Shown piece after piece: positions 58,396-64,000 of a stretch of 64,000 nucleotides of DNA. The stretch is from the NCBI GenBank assembly GCA_046331705.1, contig JAXLQJ010000031.1:1-64000 (forward strand). The letters are read 5' to 3'. This stretch comes from a bacterium. Lineage in GTDB: Bacteria > JADJOY01. The number at the start of each line of letters is the position of its first letter. Position 1 is the stretch's first letter. The notes below the pieces were generated by a model. The model was not told where the DNA came from. It searched no databases and worked only from the letters and a program-made list of their open reading frames with translations. The position numbers and the translations under genes were made by a program.

Positions 58396-59523
58396 ATGGC
58401 CAAGGTCACGAACTGGCAGATCGGGCGGGAGATGGACTACCCGTACGAGCCGAATCGGCCCAAGAAGCAGTTCGCGATGATCTTCGACACCAACAAGTGC
58501 ATCGCGTGTCAGACGTGCACCGTGGCGTGCAAGACCACGTGGACCCCCGGCCGCGGGCAGGAATACATGTTCTGGAACAACGTCGAGTCGAAGCCCTACG
58601 GCTATTACCCGCTGGGTTGGGACGTGAAGATCCTCGACAAGCTCGGCGTCCAGGACATGACCAACCCGAAGTACAAGGGCAAGACGCTCTTCGATGCGGC
58701 GCCCACCGGCGAGCGCATCCTCGGCTACTTGCCCGAGGATCTCGACTACGCGCACCCCAACTGCGGCGAGGACGACTCGCTGGGCGACATGGCCCAGGGT
58801 GCCTGGATGCAATCTCCGCACATGCAGTGGATGTATTACCTGCCGCGCATCTGCAACCACTGCACGTATCCCGCTTGCCTGGCGTCGTGCCCGCGGATGT
58901 CGATCTACAAGCGTCAGGAGGACGGCATCGTCCTGCTCGATCAGACGCGTTGCCGCGGCTATCGCGAATGCGTGAAGGGCTGTCCGTACAAGAAGACCTA
59001 CTTCAACGCGATCACGCGTGTCTCCGAGAAATGCGTGGGCTGCTATCCGGCCGTCGAGAACGGTCGCCAGACCCAATGCACCATCACCTGCATCGGCAAG
59101 ATCCGGATGCAGGGTTTCATCACCACGCCGGAGACGGCGCGCGAGGACAACCCCCTCGACTACGTCATCCACGTCGCCAAGATCGCCAAGCCGCTCTATC
59201 CGCAGTTCGGCCTCGAGCCCAACACGTACTACATCCCGCCCGTCCACGTGCCGCCCGCGTACCTGCAGCAGATGTTCGGCTGGGGCGTCGCCGAGGCGAT
59301 CGCCGGCTATCGCAAGGCCACCGACGATCCCAAGCTGCTCGGCGCGTTGCTGCTGTTCGGCGCGACGCCCGAGATCATCCACCACTACCAGGTCTCCGGG
59401 AACTTCACGTTCGGCTACGACGAGAAGGGCGTCGAGCTGGTGCGGGTGCCGATCCGCGAGCCGGTCTACGTTCGCGACGCCTACGACCCGAAGTCCGCCA
59501 CGTTCCGCACCAACGTCACCTAG
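58396..59523 (+). CDS. nxrB: NXR/NAR-like beta subunit (Fe-S protein)
   Basis: NWQIGREMDYPYE N-terminus typical of periplasmic NxrB; CIACQTCTVAC, CNHCTYPACLASC, CRGYRECVKGC, CVGC...CTITC. Confidence 0.92.
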   Translation: MAKVTNWQIGREMDYPYEPNRPKKQFAMIFDTNKCIACQTCTVACKTTWTPGRGQEYMFWNNVESKPYGYYPLGWDVKILDKLGVQDMTNPKYKGKTLFDAAPTGERILGYLPEDLDYAHPNCGEDDSLGDMAQGAWMQSPHMQWMYYLPRICNHCTYPACLASCPRMSIYKRQEDGIVLLDQTRCRGYRECVKGCPYKKTYFNAITRVSEKCVGCYPAVENGRQTQCTITCIGKIRMQGFITTPETAREDNPLDYVIHVAKIAKPLYPQFGLEPNTYYIPPVHVPPAYLQQMFGWGVAEAIAGYRKATDDPKLLGALLLFGATPEIIHHYQVSGNFTFGYDEKGVELVRVPIREPVYVRDAYDPKSATFRTNVT

Positions 59524-59700
59524 GAGGTCGTTCATGTGCTGCGCACACCGACAGCCTCCTCCGTCGAGGATCGCTCGGGGGGCCGTTCCAGCCCCACGCC
59601 CGAGGCACTCACAGCGCTCGTGGCGTGCCGCGGGCACGCGCGGCGGCCGCCGCGGCGTGTGGAGCGCACTCGGCCGCGGACACGGCCCGGAGGTGTACCC

Positions 59701-60549
59701 ATGAGATCGAAGCCTGTGTCGCTCTCGTTCGCCGCTGGATTCGCGGTGGTCGTGCTCGGTCTGACGACGCCCGCTCACGCTCAGCTTCGCGCGGTGCGAG
59801 TGGCGATCGGCGAGCCGTTGCTCGACGCAGACGCGCCGCTCTGGGCCAAGGCACCCGCGGCCGACGTGACGATGATGCCGCAGACCGTCACGACGCCGAT
59901 GAACCCGGCGCCCGCGATCCTCATGCTCCACGTGCGCGCCGCTCACGACGGCCAGCAACTCGCCGTGCGCATCGACTGGGACGACCCGACGCGCAGCGAT
60001 CGCATCGTGGTCGACCAGTTCGGCGATCAGGTCGCCGTCCAATTTCCCGAGGACATCACCAAGGGCGTTCCGGCGCCGATGATGGGGAACCCCGGCGGTC
60101 GCGTGCGCATCCTGCAATGGCGCGCCGCATTCCAGGCCGACCTGGAGCACGGGCGTCCCAACACCACGCGCGACATCTACCCGAACGCGCTGGTCGACGT
60201 TTACCCGGACGAGGTGCTGCGGGCGACCGACGCTCGGCCGTACATGGGCGCCGTCGGCATGGCGAACCCGATCACCTACGCGGACCGTTCGCCGGTGCTC
60301 GAGCAGATCGCCGAGGGCTGGGGAACGCTCACCGTCGACAAGTCGCAGCAGGCCGACGGCCGCGGGGCCTGGAAGGACGGTCATTGGCAGGTGGTGATCA
60401 CCCATCCGCTCGCTGCCGGTCGCGACGACATGACGCTGTCGCCGGGCGGGATGACGATGGCGGGCTTCGCCGTGTGGGACGGCGGCAGTCGCGAGGTGGG
60501 ACCGCGCAAGGCGTGGGCGCCGTGGGTGCCCGTGCAGCTCGACCCATGA
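59701..60549 (+). CDS. nxrC: Gamma subunit, EbdC-like heme b protein (soluble, periplasmic)
   Basis: GGAGG RBS; signal peptide ending AHA; W.DPT, FGDQVAVQFP, PMMG (Met ligand), FAVWDGG..E...RK (Lys ligand). Confidence 0.85.
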   Translation: MRSKPVSLSFAAGFAVVVLGLTTPAHAQLRAVRVAIGEPLLDADAPLWAKAPAADVTMMPQTVTTPMNPAPAILMLHVRAAHDGQQLAVRIDWDDPTRSDRIVVDQFGDQVAVQFPEDITKGVPAPMMGNPGGRVRILQWRAAFQADLEHGRPNTTRDIYPNALVDVYPDEVLRATDARPYMGAVGMANPITYADRSPVLEQIAEGWGTLTVDKSQQADGRGAWKDGHWQVVITHPLAAGRDDMTLSPGGMTMAGFAVWDGGSREVGPRKAWAPWVPVQLDP

Positions 60550-61298
60550 GCGCGAGCGCGGAGCCTCTCGCCGAGCCCGCGGGCTCGGACCCCACGCTCG
60601 AAGCGCTGGGGCGCGCAGCGCTCTATCGGGCGCTGGCGCACGCCCTCGCTTATCCCACCGCCGATCGAGTGGCGCGAGCGCTCGCGAGCGTGCGGGCGCG
60701 GCTGGCGGCGGCGCCGCTCGCGGCTCCCCTGCACGACGCGCTCGTCGCGGTCGCGGCTGCGTTCGAGCGCGCGGATCGAGAGGCGCTCGCCGCCGAGCAC
60801 GTGCGGCTCTTCGGTCCGGCCGGCGGCGCGCCGCTTCACGAGACCGCCTACGGAGACGCGGGCCGGATGCTGGGGCGCTCGGCCCAGCTCGCCGACATCT
60901 CCGGGTTCTACCTCGCGTACGGGCTCGACCCGACCACCAGCGAACCCTTGCCCGAGGATCACCTGCTGCTCGAGCTCGAGTTCATGAGCATCCTGGGTCT
61001 GAAGGAAGCGTACGCACGAAACGAGGGCTTCGACGATCCGCTCGCGATCACGGTCGACGCGCAGCGAAAGTTCCTCGGTGAGCATCTCGGGACGTGGCTC
61101 GATGGCTGGCTCGCCGCGCTCGCCACGGCCGAGGCGGGAGCGCTCCACCTCGCGCTGGCGACCTTGGTCCGCGATGTCGTCCGCGACGATTGCGCCCGTC
61201 TCGGCGTGGTTCCCCACGTGATCACCCATCGCGCGGTCGACATCGACATGGGCGGCGACGCGGTCGTGTGTCCACACGCGTCGCCAGCGGAAGCGTGA
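60546..61298 (+). CDS. nxrD: TorD/DmsD-family maturation chaperone (delta subunit)
   Basis: LHETAY, LADISGFY.AYGL, PEDHLLLELEFM, FLGEHLGTW; ATGA coupling to gamma. Confidence 0.88.
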   Translation: MSASAEPLAEPAGSDPTLEALGRAALYRALAHALAYPTADRVARALASVRARLAAAPLAAPLHDALVAVAAAFERADREALAAEHVRLFGPAGGAPLHETAYGDAGRMLGRSAQLADISGFYLAYGLDPTTSEPLPEDHLLLELEFMSILGLKEAYARNEGFDDPLAITVDAQRKFLGEHLGTWLDGWLAALATAEAGALHLALATLVRDVVRDDCARLGVVPHVITHRAVDIDMGGDAVVCPHASPAEA

Positions 61299-61345
61299 GC
61301 ACGACCAGCTGAAGGGTGCGCTGCAGCGCACGGGAGGGAAGTCTC

Positions 61346-62830
61346 ATGAGCGCACGACGAGTGCTTGGGATCGTGCCGTGCGTCGCGTTCGCCTGTTGCT
61401 GGCTCGTGCCGTGGGGCGTCGCGACGGCTCGCGCCGAGAGCTCGCCTGGCGCTGGCGCGCCTGCCGGAACGGCGCCTGTCGCAACCGCGCCTGCCGCAGC
61501 CGCGCAGCCGTCCACGGGCTCGCCCGCGAGCACGCCCGTCTCGTCGAACCCGCTGGCGGCGGCGGCCGAGAAGCTCGGCCTCGCGCTGAGCGGCCAGGTT
61601 CGCATCCGCGGCGAGGTCGACGCGCGCGATCTCGCGAGCTCCACCCAGGCGGACCTCGTCGTCGGCGAGCGCGCTCGCCTGGGTCTCGCGGCGCAGCCCA
61701 CCACCGACGTGACCGGTTTCGTGCAGGTGCAGGACGCGCGCGTCTGGGGCGAAGAGCAGAACTCGCTCACCGACGTGCAAGCCGACGGTTTCGACCTCCA
61801 CCAGGGCTATCTCGAGGTACGGGATCTCTTCGTTCCGTGCTTGAACCTGCGGGCCGGCAGGCAGGAGATCTCGTTGGGCGAGGAGCGCTTGATCGGCGCC
61901 GTCGACTGGACCCAGAACGCGCGCAGTCTCGACGGCGCGGTCCTGACGTACGCGTGGGACGGCGGCGGATGGGTGAAGCCGTTCTGGGCGCTGCTCGCGG
62001 AGAAGGATGCGATCGCCGTGAAGGGCGCGCTGCGCCAAGCGGACACCAACGTCGACGAAGGCAAGGACGACGACGTCTGGATCTCGGGCATCCACGCCCA
62101 GCAGAAGCTCGGCGACGCGCTGGTGCTCGAGCCCCACGCCTACTGGCTCGACGACGGCACGGCGGACATCGATCTCTACACCTTGGGTGCGTACGGCAAT
62201 GGCAAGGCGGTGGTCTCGGAGGACGTCGCGATCGTCTACAACGCCACGGTCGACGCTCAGCTCGGCGACGTGAAGGGAAGCGCGATCCACGCCTACTTGG
62301 GAGTGATCCACGGCGGCATCAAGGCCGGTCCGGTCATGGCCACGCTCGGCTACGAGTATCTGAGCGGCGACGACGACTCCAAGGACCGATCACGCAACGC
62401 CTTCGACACGCTGCTCGCCACGAACCACAAGTTCTACGGCGAGATGGACTACTTCCTGAACAACGCCGCGGACACCGCTTCGCTCGGCTTGCAGGATCTG
62501 GTCGCCAAGCTGCGCTACAAGCTCGCGTCCACCACCTCTCTCGCCGCCGATCTGCACCACTTCCAGACCGCCGTCGAGGACGAGACGCCCGGGATCGCGC
62601 CCGACAAGCGTCGGTTCGGCGGCCACCAGGATCTGGGGGAAGAGCTCGACGTCTGGGTGCTGCACACCTACACCGCGAACCTGGACTTCCGCGCCGGCTA
62701 CAGCTTCTTCGTGCCCGGCGATGGCATGAAGGCACGGTTCCAGGCGCAGGACGCAGCCCGTGGCGTCGCCGTCGAGAGCCACGGCTCGGTCGCCCACTGG
62801 GCGTATCTCCAGGCCAACCTGGTGTTCTGA
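61346..62830 (+). CDS. Alginate-export (AlgE-like) outer-membrane porin
   Basis: Signal peptide; FVQVQDARVWG, DLHQGYL, AGRQE...GEERLIG..DW.Q.ARSLDG, TNHKFYGEMD, DLGEELD; C-terminal Phe. Confidence 0.88.
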   Translation: MSARRVLGIVPCVAFACCWLVPWGVATARAESSPGAGAPAGTAPVATAPAAAAQPSTGSPASTPVSSNPLAAAAEKLGLALSGQVRIRGEVDARDLASSTQADLVVGERARLGLAAQPTTDVTGFVQVQDARVWGEEQNSLTDVQADGFDLHQGYLEVRDLFVPCLNLRAGRQEISLGEERLIGAVDWTQNARSLDGAVLTYAWDGGGWVKPFWALLAEKDAIAVKGALRQADTNVDEGKDDDVWISGIHAQQKLGDALVLEPHAYWLDDGTADIDLYTLGAYGNGKAVVSEDVAIVYNATVDAQLGDVKGSAIHAYLGVIHGGIKAGPVMATLGYEYLSGDDDSKDRSRNAFDTLLATNHKFYGEMDYFLNNAADTASLGLQDLVAKLRYKLASTTSLAADLHHFQTAVEDETPGIAPDKRRFGGHQDLGEELDVWVLHTYTANLDFRAGYSFFVPGDGMKARFQAQDAARGVAVESHGSVAHWAYLQANLVF

Positions 62831-62865
62831 CGGGCTCGCGGTGGCGACGCGCGCTTCACTCGGCC

Positions 62866-63582
62866 TCAGGGCTGCTCGGCAGCACCGCCGGTGACGGTCT
62901 GGTGGATCATGCGAGCACACGTCTCCACCAGATCCTCCGGTGAGGCTTCGAGCCGCCGCAGCACCTGCTTGTGCGCCGAGAGGCGCTCGAGGAGCGCGAG
63001 GATGCCCGCGGCCGCGACGCCGGCGTGGACGCGGGTCGGCACGCGGCCGGCCTGCTGGGCGCCGCGGATCTTGGCCGTGAAGTGGTCGACGATCGGACGC
63101 AGCGTGGTGCGCCGCACCTGCTGGAAGCGCACGTCGCCGCGGTCGGCCGCGAGGTTGCGGAGCGACAGCACCGCGTGATGCGTGTCCCAGTGGGCGATGA
63201 AGCGGGTGACGATGGCGCGCGCCCGGTCGAGCCCGTCGCTTCCTTCCCACGGCCCGTCGATCAGCTCGACGACCGCGGGCATGTCGTTACCGGCGCGCTC
63301 CGCCAGCATGAGCACCGCTTCCTGAACGTCCTGGAAGTAGTGATAGAAGGTGCCGGGCGAGGTGTCGGCGCGGCGCGCGATGTCGACCACGGAGAGGTCG
63401 AGGACGCCGCGCTCCTCGAGCAGCTCGGCGGTGACGTCGAGAAGTCGCTCGCGGGTCTTGAGCGCGCGCGGGCCGAGCGGACGGCCGTTTTGCGACAGCG
63501 CGGCGCCGCGCGGACGCTTCGATTCACGCTTCGGTGCAGCCGGGTCCACGGATCCCTCGCTTCCCACGGGCGGCGGGCTCAC
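62866..63582 (-). CDS. TetR-family transcriptional regulator
   Basis: TRERLLD...LSVVDIARRADTSPGTFYHYF HTH. Confidence 0.92.
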   Translation of the reverse strand: MSPPPVGSEGSVDPAAPKRESKRPRGAALSQNGRPLGPRALKTRERLLDVTAELLEERGVLDLSVVDIARRADTSPGTFYHYFQDVQEAVLMLAERAGNDMPAVVELIDGPWEGSDGLDRARAIVTRFIAHWDTHHAVLSLRNLAADRGDVRFQQVRRTTLRPIVDHFTAKIRGAQQAGRVPTRVHAGVAAAGILALLERLSAHKQVLRRLEASPEDLVETCARMIHQTVTGGAAEQP

Positions 63583-63606
63583 CCTGCCGCGTGCCCGAGG
63601 TTGCAG

Positions 63607-63631
63607 CGTTTTTGACGATGTATCAAATTCG
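63607..63631. promoter_or_regulatory. Operator-like site TTTGA-CGATGTA-TCAAA between divergent tetR and ACAD
   Basis: Inverted repeat at 63611-63627; 20/25 identity to the reverse complement of 34626-34650. Confidence 0.7.
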
Positions 63632-63685
63632 AGCGCGCCCGACCACGCCCGACCACGCCTCGCTCATCGTCATCGAGGATTCGCC

Positions 63686-64000
63686 ATGGACGTCGAGCTC
63701 ACCGACGAGCAACGCATGCTCCAGACCAGCGCTCGGGAGTTCCTGACGCGCGCGTGTCCGATGTCGCTGGTGCGCGAGTCCATGGACGATCCGGCGCCCG
63801 CTTGCGGCCTGCTCTGGCCCACCATCGCCGAGCTCGGCTGGCTCGGGCTGGTGTTGCCGGCGGTACACGGCGGCTCGGAGCTCGGCCTGGTCGAGCTGGT
63901 GCTGGTGCTTCAAGAAGCAGGGCGCGCGCTGCTGCCGGCGCCGTTCTTCTCGACGGTTGCGCTGGGTGCGCACGCGATCGCGCTGGGGGGCGACGAGTCG
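63686..64000 (+). CDS. Acyl-CoA dehydrogenase, 3'-truncated by window edge
   Basis: MDVELTDEQRMLQTSAREFL...LWPTIAELGWLGL.LP..HGG...EAGRALLPAPF. Confidence 0.88.
   Translation, partial: MDVELTDEQRMLQTSAREFLTRACPMSLVRESMDDPAPACGLLWPTIAELGWLGLVLPAVHGGSELGLVELVLVLQEAGRALLPAPFFSTVALGAHAIALGGDES

Noticed and set aside
54861-61298. Steroid C25 dehydrogenase, ethylbenzene dehydrogenase or perchlorate reductase (same alpha-beta-gamma-delta layout, and tempting given the lipid genes)
   Set aside because: FS0 motif is C-x3-D rather than H-x3-C, the alpha subunit is larger, the beta N-terminus is NxrB-like, and no chlorite dismutase is present.
1-64000. tRNA, rRNA or known riboswitches
   Set aside because: None recognised by eye in the intergenic regions; an Infernal/tRNAscan run would be needed to exclude them.

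Overview
GC-rich bacterial window (about 70% GC by eye). Gene content (PilZ proteins, a bactofilin, a MYXO-CTERM-like tail, sigma-54-driven type IV pilins, many heteromer-type acyl-CoA dehydrogenases, WS/DGAT) suggests a heterotrophic lipid degrader of the Myxococcota/Binatia or Acidobacteriota type; the taxonomy is inference only. About 50 genes are recognisable; I saw no rRNA, tRNA or CRISPR array. The main locus is a complete Tat-exported periplasmic nitrite oxidoreductase/nitrate reductase-like operon at 54.9-62.8 kb: alpha subunit with a C-x3-D-x3-C-x39-C FS0 motif, Fe-S beta, soluble heme-b gamma, TorD-like delta and an AlgE-type porin. It has an FNR-like box upstream and a divergent Fur/PerR gene. 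Other notable items: a 25-bp operator-like site repeated 29 kb apart upstream of two acyl-CoA dehydrogenase operons; a RAYT HUH transposase with inverted repeats and hairpin-rich flanks; an HhH / pentapeptide-bactofilin fusion / bactofilin cluster; two tandem degenerate-PilZ membrane paralogs separated by a decayed cytochrome c gene; tandem pilins; a CruF-P450-ALDH-cupin operon; and a sharply bounded zone of dense frameshifts (34.7-40.4 kb) that is probably sequencing error. All family calls come from motif recognition, not database searches.
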